Made by a program: the position numbers and the translations under genes. The notes under the pieces were generated by a model that ran no database searches, was not told the origin of the DNA, and saw only the letters and a program-made list of their open reading frames with translations. This document shows positions 14,189-29,409 of a stretch of DNA of 64,000 nt, piece after piece. Position 1 is the first letter of the stretch, and the number at the start of each line of letters is the position of its first letter. Source of the stretch: Octopus sinensis (Eukaryota); assembly GCF_006345805.1 (NCBI RefSeq), contig NC_042997.1, positions 78,120,001 to 78,184,000 on the forward strand, read 5' to 3'.

Positions 14189-14458
14189 CATCACCTCTTT
14201 TGGTGGTATCACGAAATAGCACACATCTGTAGCAGCCAAGGTTTTCAAAGGAAGATTTAGGTTACACATGTACTTCTTTGGGTGCTGGGACAAGGAAAAT
14301 TCTGTACTGCTTCGTCTAGAGACTCCAAGATCAAGGAAACGATCCTCAACATTACTTGCAACCTCCTTGACAGATCCCTTCCCTAGATCCCTAGGTTTGT
14401 AATTATCAACTCCATCTGCGTGAGAAACTGCATATACTGTAACAATTGCAATATCCAC
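14189..14458 (-). CDS. Internal coding exon (270 nt, phase 0-0) of an unidentified host gene
   Basis: Acceptor ctgactgtttttctttag|GTG and donor ATG|gtgagt. Open 90-codon frame of normal complexity: VDIAIVTVYAVSHADGVDNYKPRDLGKG...KTLAATDVCYFVIPPKEVM. I do not recognise the protein. Confidence 0.7.
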
Positions 14459-15727
14459 CTAAAGAAAAACAGTCAGACAAACTGATCTATCTCATCGGCG
14501 TAGTCAAACATACGCCCTGTTGATAAACTTCAAGCAATTGGCAGCTAATAGCGGAAAGAACACTTTAAACCTTAACTGACCAATGCACAGTTGCAAAATA
14601 ACGAATCCCTTATTGTCCTTGGTGAGATTATTTCTTTTCCGCGCACCGTCGTTGTGGCGTTCAAGCATCCAGCTAAAGTTATGCCAGACAGCCATGCACG
14701 AGACGCAAACTCACATGCAACCTGGCACCACTAGACCGATTGCCTCACAACGTGGGCCTACTTCATGCCATAACGATCAGTGTATGGCGTTGCTGATTTC
14801 CATAACCATACAAGTCGTCAACACAACCTGACATTAAACTATTTGGTTTTTCAAGTGAAGACGAAGACGAAGAAGAAAAAAATAAGGAAAAGGAAAAAGA
14901 AAAAAGGAGGAAGAGATGGTGATAATGATGATGATGATGATGATGACGATGAGACAAAGCGAATAAGTATGAAAAGGAGAAAGATATGAACAACAAAATA
15001 GGAAAGATAGGATGAGAAGAAGCAAAACATGATAAAGTATCAGAAGCACCAAAAGAAAGTAATGATAATTGTACAAAAGGAACTGGAACTATAAAACAAC
15101 GAAATAACAAAGAGACGATAACAGTAAAATTATAACAAATAAATAAATTGTAAGCAGTTTTCGTTGATTGATTCTTTGAACATTTTCCGTTCACTGGACT
15201 TTATCAGCAACGTATAATTATCTCAAGCCAACTTTGATGAGTGGACATAATTTTTTACAATTAGAAAACAATTTATGAAGAATTTTAGTTAGCTTATTTT
15301 GCATAATTGGAAAGGTAAGCTATGGGTTGTAATTTAAATGGGCTAATGGCATGAATTTATATTATTCAGCTAAATACACGATAACAAATCTAAAAAAAAA
15401 ATTACTTCGCCTCACAAATGGGAGGTAGGAAACAAAAACATAACGTCAACTGTTAACGACTCTCAAAATAAATCGAAGATCGTCTCAGAAATTTATAATT
15501 AATCTCGCAATACCTTGAATTTTCATGCGTAATAGAGCAAATCTGATTTTTATTAACAACTAGGAAGTTCCGATTAATAATGAACAACAATTAATAGTGA
15601 CGTAAATTTATACAAAATATCACATAATAATCTACTAACACCTCCAGTTATTGGAATTCTTCAGCACTAACAAATTTAGCTTTACGTTCTTGAATATACA
15701 AGATGCTGTTCTGAACGAAAATAAATA

Positions 15728-16300
<573 letters not shown>

Positions 16301-16429
16301 CACACAACCTATTTCGCTATAGTCACAACATAGAAAACTCCCTGTCATTTCTGGTCAAAGGAAGGCGATGGATTAATCTTCACGATGGAGGTGGTTGATA
16401 TCCGAATCCGTCCAATACGCGCCAGAAGT

Positions 16430-19160
16430 TAGCAATGCTCAAGTGTTGCACGAGTGAATGCAGAACGGTTTCATCGTTCTGCGTACGCATGAGGCAGGCG
16501 TAGCTGATGACACAACTATACCCGTAGTGTTTATCTAGAATCGGTTATGCTCCTACTTAGCACTGCCATGCAAAGAATTTCTGGAAGTTATCCATAGGTT
16601 CTAGCTCGAACGTTCTCCGGAAAAGGCCAGTCAGTTAATCTCCATTGATGCTCAGGGCTTCCCCGAGAAAGTTGTTGCTCTTATCCGCCACTAATCTTCT
16701 GTAGGACGCCATGGTAGAACATTCACTGACTACATTGCTAGATTGATAGAGGGCTTGGAGCACCTGACAGCATTCAAGGTGCCAGGCATCTTGTTTCGTA
16801 GGTCTACGCTTGGTCCAGAATTGCAGCTTAGTCAAAGTTGCAGAAAAGCGCGTCTAACAAACGGCGGCCACACTTGTTCACGGTCAAGAAAACGTGGGAG
16901 ATATCGCAGCCTCAGTAAATGCCTGCGCATCATTAAACACAGTATCCTCCACCTAGCGGATGTTTTCAGCAAATAACCGTCAGGCCAATGGAACACATCA
17001 CCTATACAGAAAGCAAGAGAGTAAGCGCTCCAATTTGGTCAGCCATGAAGCGGGAAATGGCACGGCGGTTAGGCGGTAAGCATTATCCATTTCCAATCAG
17101 CACTTCAGGGATAGTTTTCTCTCAGCCTATTTGTGGGTGAGACTAGCTACCATGTTTGTCATCTTTTCTAAGTTCTTGTCCACCAAAAAATTCTGAGTAA
17201 ACCAAACCTCGAGCAATTTAAATAGTCCGTCCGGCAAGTGCGAACAGTCCGTCCGGCAAGTTAATTTTTGCTCCTGACATCACCTCGTAATTCTTCAGAG
17301 TAGAGCCGATCACGTCGGTATCTGATACAATGACAGTAAACACGGTTCTTCCACATCCTAGTTCTCATGTGATGCCTCTCGAAATCTCCAACTTTCTGCA
17401 GTAGTGGCTCAAGAGTCGGTACATACAAAAATATAGGGAGGGCACATCCTTGGCGAACCGAGCGCATGATACTAAACACTTTCGACAAGTGGCCATTTAA
17501 TCTGATTACCGAGCAAATTTCACTGTATATTGCAGCAATTAAGTTTCTGCAGGCAGGCTCCAAATCAGCCATCTTCAGGACAGCAACCAATTATTGATGG
17601 TCAACCCAATCAAGCGTTTTCGAATGATTTAAATTGACCAGAGCTCCATTCTTGCCAATTTCTTTAGCTTTCTGAGATGTATCATATGACGAAGAGGTTG
17701 TCGTGGCTATATATGTTTGTATGGCGCTTGTCTGTACCTCACCTCTAGAGTATCAAAGATTCTTTGCTTGCACTTTGGTCAAAATTTTGCACACTGTGTT
17801 TAGCAGAGTTATGGGCCTGAATTTAAAATTATTCCCTCCCTCTTGTTCAAGTCCTTTCTCAGCAGCACCTTTACATCTCTTCTTGCAGGGTTGGATTCTC
17901 CTGTCCTGCAGCCAGTCGCATAAGACATCTGCCAAGAGGTTACCTAGCAAGTCTGGTACATGGCGATAAAGCTCGTAGGGCAGACCATCCAGTCCTGGCC
18001 ACTTCTCCATCGTGCAACCCGTCATCGCTTCTCGTATTTCGTCAGTTGTTATCAGCTTTTCGCAGAACTCTGCATCTCGAGCCGAGAGCCGCAGTAGGCC
18101 ATTGAAGCAAGCGGTAGGGTCCACTCCCATCTCCAGCCCACCGTTTGCCCCAAACTACTGAATGAAATGCCACTGAAAAGCCTCACATGACAGCATGGAA
18201 TCGAGTATCACGCGCTCCTCCCGATCCTCCAAAGACAAATCCACTAAACAGCTTTTGCTTCCCCATGCCTTAGAACTTGTGCCCTAGCTCTGACAATGCA
18301 ACCTTCGTGCTTACCGCTCAAGAATCGATCACGGACCAATTTCGACGCCAGCATGTCAGTTGCAATGCCTTTTCTAAGTGCCTCTTCTAGGTTACTAACT
18401 AGCCCACCCACTACTCGAGAATTGTCTACAACAATTCCCTTACTAAACTTTATCCATTCTAATCTAATAGCTCTTTTCATGGTAAACCACCATCAGTTGT
18501 TGACTATTGCCTTCTTGTAACTATTTCTCTAATCCGGTTTCTGTTAATTTGGTGCGCCAGAAAGACTCATCAAGTTTCCAGTAACCGGCTTCATGTCTAT
18601 ACAGCCTATCGAGTCGACCGTACAGCTCACAAATTTGTGGTTTGTATAACTGAAGATTTTGAATTGTGGACAACCTGTGCGATCCCTATCTAATGGCCTA
18701 CAGAATACTCTAGATACAATCCGGATGTTCCAGTGCTGTTTACCCATGCCTACATTGGCGCATTTGGAAAACTCAGTCGGTATCTGTCAGCCAGTTGGAA
18801 ACGACTGGGCAGATTTGCCAGGATTGCACATCCCTTTCCTATTAACTAACCCCACACAATCCAGACGTGCGTCCAAGATGACGTTCTGATTGTCTACTAA
18901 CACTAGAAAGTGGGGCGTCCCTACGAAGATCTCCAGACGCTTTAAAAAATCCGGCTGATCCGTCCCAGTCAAAAGGCGCCACCTTCGCTCTGCTATTCAC
19001 GTTCAAGACCATCAACTTACCTCCGGAACCAGGAAGATCTACCTATCTCGAAGAACAACGCCACTCCGACCCTCATTTTGGATCGAGTAAGTGACGCGAA
19101 GCTCTTAGAATTGCTCAAAATAACCAAGGCGCCACGTGCATTTATAATTCTCCGTATAAC
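16430..19160 (-). mobile_element. Near full-length decayed L1/Tx1-like ORF2 (APE + RT), same family as 1640-5870
   Basis: Minus-strand ORFs: FFKRLEIF..LVLVDNQNVILDARLDC, KWPGLDGLPYELY, FRPITLLNTVCKIL and IRLNGHLSKVFSIMRSVRQGC. Confidence 0.85.
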
Positions 19161-20459
19161 AAATGGTGACCACTCCTGCTTACTGTCAAAGGAGCGCTGG
19201 AGTCATCGTAGCTTCAGTGCGTGTCTGTGTATCATTATCCACAGCATGTGAGGCCCGCCACCAAACAAAATTCCGTAGGTTCCTGCTTGTATAAAAAATG
19301 AAGCTGTTCATTTTCCTTGATAAATCACCAGCTGAAGTTTTCAACTCATTTTCTTTTTATAAGAAAAGCTCATATTTACAACGTTTTGGTTTGAAAGTGT
19401 TAAGCAGCTTATTGATTCATGTATGAATAATCATGTATGACATTAGTAAACAATAATACTGCTCTTATTTAAGGGAAAACTTAAATTATGTTTCACCATA
19501 TTTACTTTTAAAGATTTTTGACGCAAAATCTTGTTCTTTGTAGTGAAAATAATAGGTTGAAATAATGAAGTTATCTCTGAAAGAACATGCTTTCGCTTCA
19601 ATATATGGTGCCTTCATATACTCACAAAGTGCCTTAAGCTGTAGGCGAGACGAATCTGAAAGTAAGTTTCGATTTTCTTGGTTGCAGTAATGTTTCTAAA
19701 AAGATATGGCCACCGTTCATTCCTCTTTTCTCACGAATTCTAAGACCTTGTAACTATATAATATTCCAAAGATATGAAATATCAATTAGAAAGCAACACG
19801 GTTTCCTGTATATATATATATATTACCTCGGATTACTTTAAAAGCAGATTCGTTATTAGATTTTGTTTACTATGTCACATTTTCATATCTATAGAAATAC
19901 AACATAAAGTAATTAAAAGAGTCCATGGTGTTCTCTCATTCGTGGTTTTCCAGGGCTAAACAGCGTCATTAGTATCAAATAGTTCAAGTGGAAAGTCTGG
20001 TCGCTATGAAATGTACATTCGGCACCAAAGCTGCGTTTCAATACTAGTCACTAGATTTTCACTGCCGTCTTTATTTCATAAGACTTTGTAAATTATATAT
20101 GAACTGCATAACTGATAGCTAATCATTACGTAAAGTTTTTTTTTTAATAACAGATTATTTCATTACAAAAATCTACAAGACCAACCAGGCACATACAAAT
20201 ATATCAGTGTTTTAAAAATATTTATTAACTGAGACGGACAAACGCAAATCAAAAATCATTTACATAATTTATCAAAGCACATTAATAACCCACTGCGATT
20301 CATTTCTTTGAATGACGCTTCAGTAACCAGAAAGTCTAATGAAAACCTGCTAAACATTCCAGGTTTAACCCAAATAAAGTACTGACGGAGGAATTCAAAT
20401 ATATGAAATTTGCTTAGGGATTCAGAGACAGAGATAGTTGATGGAAAGTGCTTTTAGAT

Positions 20460-20573
20460 TGATATTAATAATGATGGTGGTGGTGATGATGATGATGATA
20501 GTTGTTTTTGTAGTTGTTGCAGTGGTAATAATAACAACAACGAACAACAACAACAACAACAACGACGATGATT

Positions 20574-20650
<77 letters not shown>

Positions 20651-20652
20651 AA
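20460..20652. repeat. (GAT)n/(AAC)n compound microsatellite
   Basis: Direct inspection. Confidence 0.95.
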
Positions 20653-21202
20653 TAATTCTCTTAATATGTATACTCTAAAATGTGTAAACATCTGTTTTAT
20701 CTATTGGACGAATACGATTGAATCCACATGCTGAGATGCGCGAGGAAATTTTCTCCTTGGTAAAGTCTACCCCAACAAAGTAGTGTCTAACATTTCTGAA
20801 GCTACTCACTGGAGAATTTTCCTGGTAAAATAACAAGCCACCGTCACATATGTTCAGAGAGCCATAATTTACGGTTACTCTGTTTTTATCTACTTATACA
20901 CCTTGATGGTTACGATTACTAAGTGCACAACTTACCTTTACTCTCTCTCTCGCTCTCTCTCTCTCTCCCCCTCTCTCTCACACACACACACATATACACA
21001 CGCACATATACATAAATACATACATACATAATACATATATACATACATGCACATATACAAGAACACATACAGGTACACAGAAAAACTTACATACACTTGC
21101 ACACGCGTGCGCGCTCACACTGCACACCCAGATACAAATAGTTATACACATGTAAGGTAGAAGGAATTGAATAACTAGTAACTTAGTTTAAGCTGCTTGG
21201 TT

Positions 21203-21255
<53 letters not shown>

Positions 21256-21714
21256 TCTCTTACTCTTTTATTTGTTCCAGTCATTTGACTGCGGTCATGC
21301 TGGAGCACCGCCTTAAGTACATCAATATATGTGTGTTTATGGGTGCTTTTATGAAATGCATCGTAACATACACACTCACGCACGCACTCACGCATGCACA
21401 TATATGCGCACGCGTGCACACACATAAATATATATGTAGATTTCGGTTCATAGCCCTTTGCGCCTGAATTCAATTAATTGAAATGATAGGAGACAAGAAG
21501 AAAAGTCATTAGCTTTAATGACAATTTTTAGCAAGGGAGCAAGGGAAAGAACTTTAAAATTTACATTGCATAACAAATCGACTGAGAATGCAGTGGGTAT
21601 TTAGTCCGATATGTGGTAGTTGAAATGACCACACTGGACATGTCTCGATCTTGTAGGCCTTCTCTAAAACATAGTGTAATAAATAACATGGCAAGAACGA
21701 CTGTCAGAAAATTA

Positions 21715-22150
<436 letters not shown>

Positions 22151-22822
22151 TTTTTAATAGATTAGGGAATTGAGACTAAGGAAACAAAACAGTTTTGAAA
22201 TCAAAATTTACATTACCATTCCTGTAAGATATTTCCACCTTTCATTGTAAGGAATGTGAAAAATATTTATATTACTTTAATTACCTCTCCTATAAAGTTA
22301 CTGTTGCATAATGTAAATTTTTACCATGAAAGCACTTAATGATATTTGCATCAATCTTTCATCAGTTCACAAAAAATTAATATTATGCTCGCTAGAAATA
22401 CCTTCAAAATAAATACCAACGCAATGGTTTTGTAGTTCATACGTAATCACAGTTTAAAGGACGAATAGAAAGATGAACAGTATACCAATTCTGTCGTCAT
22501 CTCAAAAATATATTAATTGTAGTTACCTCTTTCGGCAGTGTCCTCAAAAGATCACGGTAAACGAATTAAATATCTTCAGATATTCTCACTCTCATTCAAA
22601 ATACGTCAGTAATTCTTAAAATTAGCAAGGAAAGTGTGGGTATATTCAAACAAATAGGATCCTGTTTAATAAGTGTATCAATTGATCAAAGCGTCAAATG
22701 ATCGTTTTTAAACATTTCTCTTTGTCGCGTTCCGTCTTTAATGAGAACTGTTTGAAAAGCTTGCGGGAAATGCGACAGAAAAAATTATGCCTTCAAAATA
22801 CAGAAATTGCTACAAACAATAT

Positions 22823-22876
<54 letters not shown>

Positions 22877-22929
22877 TATCGTCACTCAGCACGAAGATAA
22901 ACAGTACGGACCAGCCATATACTCCTTTC

Positions 22930-23280
22930 CATAATCAATGTCACTTTATCAGTTGTCACAACATTAGTTTATACCAGGGCCTTGACGATCCTTTTGGAAT
23001 GACACTCACGGTCCATTCTTCCATGGGTCAATTTTCCAATAACTTACTAGCTGCTCAATACTGTTTCGGCCAGAGCTCGACAAGATGCAACAAGAGAAGG
23101 ACAACTAGAGAAGGTCACCTCACCATAGAGTTGATTATCGGAAAATCTCTGCAACCACTTTATGCAGTATGCTATTGAAGGTTTTGTCCATAGGCCTACT
23201 GATGATCCAACTTTCACTTTAGTGAAAGAACATTATGTCGATTTTTAGTATGCGGAGTTTTAGTGATGTACAGAGGTTAG
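22930..23280 (-). mobile_element. Decayed 3' fragment of an RTE-like LINE
   Basis: The minus strand resembles the RTE C-terminus (WLQRF, LYGEV, SKLL.W.P.HG); heavily degraded. Confidence 0.45.
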
Positions 23281-24269
23281 ATGTCTAAATATTGTTAATA
23301 TAATTGAGTACTTTCCAAATATGGAAATGGTTTAAAGGATATGGAATGCATTTTCTGATCATGATCTGAGACTTCAAATTAAACTGAAAATCTTGTTGCC
23401 AACATTTCAAAACCACATTTGGATTGATAAATAAAGTGGTAACTACAAATTTCTCATCATCATCATTAACATAACCATTCCTGCTCCCATGGTTATTATG
23501 ATGATAGCCCCAAGAAAGTTTTATATGAATAAAAATGTTTCTATATAGAGGAATGTAGTACACATAAAGTGAAACTTTACAAATTCATTTAACGTTATAT
23601 CATTCTACAATTGCTAATAAAAATACTACTAGTGCAATATAGATTCTAATCAGTAGAAAAGAGATATAAATATATAATAGTTATTCTCTCACTGCAGTCC
23701 TTCTACTGAGATAATAGAATAAATGTGTGAATATATGATTATCTGAAAATGCTTTCATTGTGCATAACTTGTTTCTACAGAGGCTGTGGACAGTTATAGA
23801 AGTTTTACAGTTAAACTTCTGACCACGAGGTTTAGAGTCAGATTTGTCGCCATTTAATTATTTTGAAAAAAAATCCCAGACTGCCACATCCCACGCACTA
23901 GCCACCACTCTGTTATGCTTGGGAGTTTTGTATTACTTTGTAATGAATACGAAGTGCTGCATATATAATGCTGATAGCCAATAGACGTTTCAGTAAACAT
24001 TATTAAAATGATTAAATAATTCATCGTTTTATCCTACTTGCAAAATTGTGATGCGACGTGACGCTATATTCTTCTTTATTTTTTATTATACCTCTATCAA
24101 CATTTTTAATAATAAATATGATAGCTGATACAGCAGCTATAGAACATGAATAACTAAATGTAACAATATAAATCGCACAAAGATTATTAATCGACGGTAG
24201 ATATTTGTCAAAATCGATTTTTAAAACAAAGCAACTAAATGAAGCCAAAATGTAAACGTATTGAAGGTG

Positions 24270-24715
24270 TTAGTGGCCTTATACAGCTAGAAAGCTATTA
24301 TATAACTGCCATAGGATTATAGAAATACCTACTCCAGAAGCAAAGAAAACTGATACAAATAGCCACAAAACACGAGCAAAATAAAAACCAGTTTTCTGTC
24401 TTTAAGGAAGTTGAAAATTACAAAAAAGAAGTCATAGTACCTGACAACTATGAAAAAGAAAAGAAAGAATCTGTAAAACAACTGAGATCCAAACTAAAAC
24501 TGGAACAACAGCGTATCATGGTAAAATGATGACAAGAAAGGTCCCTACATGGCAAATATTGGATTAAGGTAGACAGAAACGAAACAGACAAAGCAAAATC
24601 CCAACAATAGCTGAGAAGTGCAGGACTCAAAGCAGAGACTGAAGGATTTTTAATTGCAGCACAAGATCAAAGCCTTCCCACCAAAATTCACCAAAAGCAC
24701 ATAATGAAAATAAAT
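24270..24715 (+). mobile_element. R4/Dong-type LINE fragment (array copy 1)
   Basis: Colinear with 30710-31170 of the young copy (GLIQLE; SAGLKAETEGFLIAAQDQSLPT). Confidence 0.75.
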
Positions 24716-24744
24716 ACTAGTAACAAGAAAATAATTTCATAGGA

Positions 24745-25530
24745 AAGTTGAAGATAAGACAGACAGAGAAAAAGATGGCTATGAATGACAAAGTGTTTTA
24801 AAACCGGAAACGGAGGCTCTAATCTGTGCTGCCCAAGAGCAAGCATTAAGAACCAATTACATTAAATACAGAATAGACAACACATCAGAAAGTGATAAGT
24901 GCAGAATTTGTGGACAAAATGGTGAAACCGTATGGCATATTACCATTAATGGTACTCCACTAGCCCAGAAAGAATATGAGACGTCATGACAATATAGCAA
25001 GGTTTGTCCATTGAACACTTTGCAACAAGTATGGATTTGACAGAGCAAAAAGTGGTACGAACATAAACCCAAAGGCCTTATCGAAAATGATAATGCAAAG
25101 ATACTATGGGATTTTATGACTCAGTGCGACCATGAGATAAAGCATAAGAAACCAGACATAGTGTTAATTTAGAAAGCAAGCAAACGATGCTGGACCAGAG
25201 ATATAGCATGCCCAGCTAACAACAAGTTAAGAGATAAGCGAGAAAGAAAAGTCGGTAGATATAATAGGTTAGCTTGTGCGGTTAAGCAGCTGTGGTCGTT
25301 GAAAAAGGTGGGAGTAGTACCAATAATTGACGGAGCCCTGGGAACAGTGAGTAAAAATCTTGAGACGTACATGGAACAAATAGGGGTGGAGCACTTGCAG
25401 AAAACAGCACTGCTTGGAACCGTTCGAATACTCCGGATGGTGTTCGAAAAATAAGAGGTGTTACCTTAGTTCACTGGTAGTGAACAACTGACGCTGTAGT
25501 ACATCAACAACGTTAGAAGCTGTGCAAATA
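24745..25530 (+). mobile_element. R4/Dong-type LINE 3' fragment (array copy 2), followed by (AAT)n
   Basis: LKPETEALICAAQEQALRTNY, CRICGQNGETVWHI, RHDN and KPDIV; tail at 25540-25640. Confidence 0.8.
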
Positions 25531-25546
25531 AATAAATTAATAATAA

Positions 25547-25595
<49 letters not shown>

Positions 25596-26279
25596 GTAAT
25601 AATAATAACAATAACAATAATGATGATGATGATGATGATAAGATAACAACATGGATGTACTACACCGGGCTCTCCATTCGAAAACAAATCTAACTGAATA
25701 ACATCGGTGGAATGGGATAAAGGAACCTGTGGAAGACTTGAAGGAAGCAGTCTTTTAACGAAAATAATCACACAAACGAAATTTTACTGCCATGAAAAGC
25801 ACAGTTTTTCCTATGCACGATATCTCAGTGAAACATGTTCGAAACACACGCGAAACCAACACTGGAAAGTTTACAAATTATAAAATATAAATAGAACAAA
25901 ACAGTAAGTACATAAATTGAGTAACTACGCATACATACACTCGAATGTCTACACAATTATATATAAATTTTAATACCCATAGGACTACACAGACATCCCA
26001 ATGTTTAAACAACTACGTGAAATTTACAGGACATACATAAACGCATTCATATGCATTCATACGTGTCTCAAACGAAGCAAAAGCAAAAAAGAAAACAAAA
26101 CAAAACTATTTTTATTTTTCGAACTAACACAGAGTGAGCAATTCATAAGTTTAAAAACACAACAAAAAGACTATGCCCGGAGACAAGTCTATCAAGGAAA
26201 GGATAAAGACGAATGCAGATCTGTTAGCCTTAAGAAGCTACGTTACGAGCAATGTTTACATGCAGAGAATTCGGAGGCG

Positions 26280-29200
26280 GTGTTGTCTCAAACAAATTAA
26301 CCGTAGGCACACGATCCGTCCTCTAATGTCATCGTCTAAGCTCGTCATGCCTCAATGGTAACAAAGCAAAATACACACCGGATTTCTCGTCACCCGGAAC
26401 ACCAAGGACCACGTACTCGAAAGATGAACCAGATTCGATTTGAAAAATCAGCTACTGGTCCAAATCTTCCCGAAACACAGTAGCTGGAAGTGCTCCACAA
26501 CCAGAGTATTCCAACAGATGGCCATCCATGCTCGTCATCAAAAAGAAAAACGATGCAAAATTGTCTGGGGGAGATAATAAAAAAGGTCTTACGACCTTCT
26601 GTCATGCCATATATTTCCCCACAAATAAATCTACAACTGTACAAATCTACTTAAACTGGAGACAGAAACACCTTGAAGTAAGACCCTACATAAATAGTAA
26701 CAAACTTGCCGACTTCAGCAGAAATAGTATGAAAAAGAAATTACTTACTGAATTAGAGATTGACCAAATTAAACAACCTGTAAGTGATAAAGGGAACGAA
26801 GCTGTAGTTAAAGAAGATACTACAGAGTAAATAATTATACACTAGCCTAGGGCTGATGAAAATGCAATAATGGTTGAAAGAGTTGATGTAACTGATAAGT
26901 AAAGTTTAATACTCTCTAAACCAACCATAAAAATCAAGGCAGATGAAAATCAAATAGATGAAGAAAGTCACACAGAAATTGACCCAACAGAACTACATGA
27001 TCTAAAAACCAAATGATTGAATGGCTGAAAATTAAAGAATCCAGTATGAATGAACGCGACACTCTCTAAAAAATTCGCAATTCTAACCAAAACCTAAAAT
27101 TAATTGGTAAAACCCGCCTTGCACTTGAGGATATAATTTCAGCTAATGATGTTGACATTACAGATCTCACCCACCTGTACTATGCATCCGCGAAAATCTC
27201 GACGATTCTATGTGGTGAAAAGATTAGAAGACCATAATATTCCCACAAAAAGCCTACTTGGTAAGAGCGTATTCAACACCAAATACAGCTACTTAAGTCT
27301 GACATAGAATGTTTAAAAAATCTTAAGTTTGACAAAACTATCAAACTAACAAAAAAACTTTTAAAAAATATAATATAAAAACCATATTTGACCATAGAAA
27401 CCATCAAGCAAAAGGCATGTGCTAAAGCTGCTCACATAGCAAGGCATGAAAAGCGCGTTAGATTCTTCAAGGACAACAATATGTTAAAAAATAACCAAAA
27501 AATCTTTACAGGAAGGTAGGGAAAACACCAGTTACAGTAAAGTCCGTCCCATCAAAATAATAAGTGCAGGAATTTTGGAATAAAATTTGGGCAGAAGAAA
27601 AAACACAATGAAATGGCCCTTCGGATTGATAGAATATCTACAGACTTAGACTCCTTAGAAGAGCTAAAGTGGAAAGGTATCAAGGTAGAGGATGTAAGAT
27701 CTGCTCTCAGGAAGTCAAGCAAATGGAAGTCTCCAGGAAAGGATAAAATTCCTAATTTCTGGCTGAAGAGAGCCATGAACTGCTAACAAAACTTTACAAG
27801 ATTCCCTCTTGGCTAGTTAATGGTGTAATATTCCCACTTCCAAAAACTGAAGAAACAAATGAACCAAAAAATTATAGAACCATAATCTGCTTAACAACAA
27901 TGTATAAAATGCTAACATTTATCTTGACTGAGTATACCTATAGTTTCTTAATAGAGAGTGAGCAAAAAAGATGTAAATGTGGGTCCAATGGTTGTAAAGA
28001 TCCGCTACTCATCAATAAGATGATCTTGGAAGATTGTCACAGACACAAAATCTTGACGATACCATGGATAGACTACAAAAAATGTTTTTGATAGTCTACC
28101 ACATAGTTGGATTAAGAAATGTCTAGAAATGTATAAAATAACACCTACTCAGCGAAACTTCTTCTCTGTAAGTATGTCACTTTGAACAGTGACAATGAAT
28201 CTCTTAATGCTCGAAATGTCTCAATAGGTACAATACGATTATAAAATGTTTGATAAAAATATAAATCATCTCCTTTACACAGATGATCACTGATAAATGG
28301 CAAGAAAAACCTCTCAATGGCAAATACCCAAACAGAAGTGCCGATGTTGTCAAAGCCCTTCCCCATCAATGGTTAGTGGCTTCTGACTTAAAATCAGAAA
28401 CAGAAGATCAATGCCTACCTACAAGAAACTAACAGGCCAACATATTAAAGAACGACAACTGCCCAACATGTCGTGTATGTCAGCAACAAAATGAAACCAT
28501 TGATCATGTTGTTTCCATGTGCAGTCTTCTCGCGCCTAGAGTTTCTCAACAGGCATAGTAGAGCAGCACAATATATTCACTGGGTAATTTGCAAGCCCTG
28601 GACCTGCCCCATGATAAAAACTGGTGGGAACACAAACCACCTCCAGTGTTTGAAAATGATCCCATCCCACTCCTCTGGAACTTCACCATTAAAACTGACA
28701 GAAAGACAGATGCGAATAGGCCAGACATTCTATTGAAAGACTTCAGACAAAAACCATGCTTCCTCATTTATATGATCGTTCCAATCGATATATATGTATA
28801 TGTCACGACCGACCAAAAGCTGAGCAAGTATAAAGATCTTGAAACAGAAATTGGCAAAATGTGGAACCTCAAGACTAAATCAATACCTGTTGTCATAGGC
28901 GCTGTAGGAATGATAGCAAAAAGGGCTGATTGCTACTTAGCTCAGATACCAGGGAACCCCAATATGGCAGAAATTCAAAAGATAGTGCTCATGGAAACTG
29001 TCCGTATCCTGCGTAAAATACTATCTATGTAAACTCAAATTATAATTTTCTTATGTTTTCTTAAACATTCTCTAGCACAATACTATGTGCAAAACCAAAT
29101 GTATAATACCCTAGGCATAACACCGACATGAACTTCTAACTTGTCTCTTGAGATCTGTGGGTGAGACTTGGAACCAACTTGTTCAAATACAAAGCAAAAT
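26280..29200 (+). mobile_element. Long decayed R4/Dong-type LINE (array copy 3), followed by (AAT)n
   Basis: WKSPGKDKIPNFWL, GCKDPLLINKMI, WIDYKK, RPDILLKDF and KLSKYKDLETEI; tail at 29210-29390. Confidence 0.85.
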
Positions 29201-29278
29201 CAAACATTATTAATATTAATAATAATAATAATAACAATAACAACAACAACAACACCAACAACAATAATAATAATAATA

Positions 29279-29393
<115 letters not shown>

Positions 29394-29409
29394 GTATAAT
29401 AAAATAAAG

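Noticed and set aside
19180-19330. Exon ending at a gtaagc donor on the minus strand
   Set aside because: All three frames contain a stop shortly before the donor.
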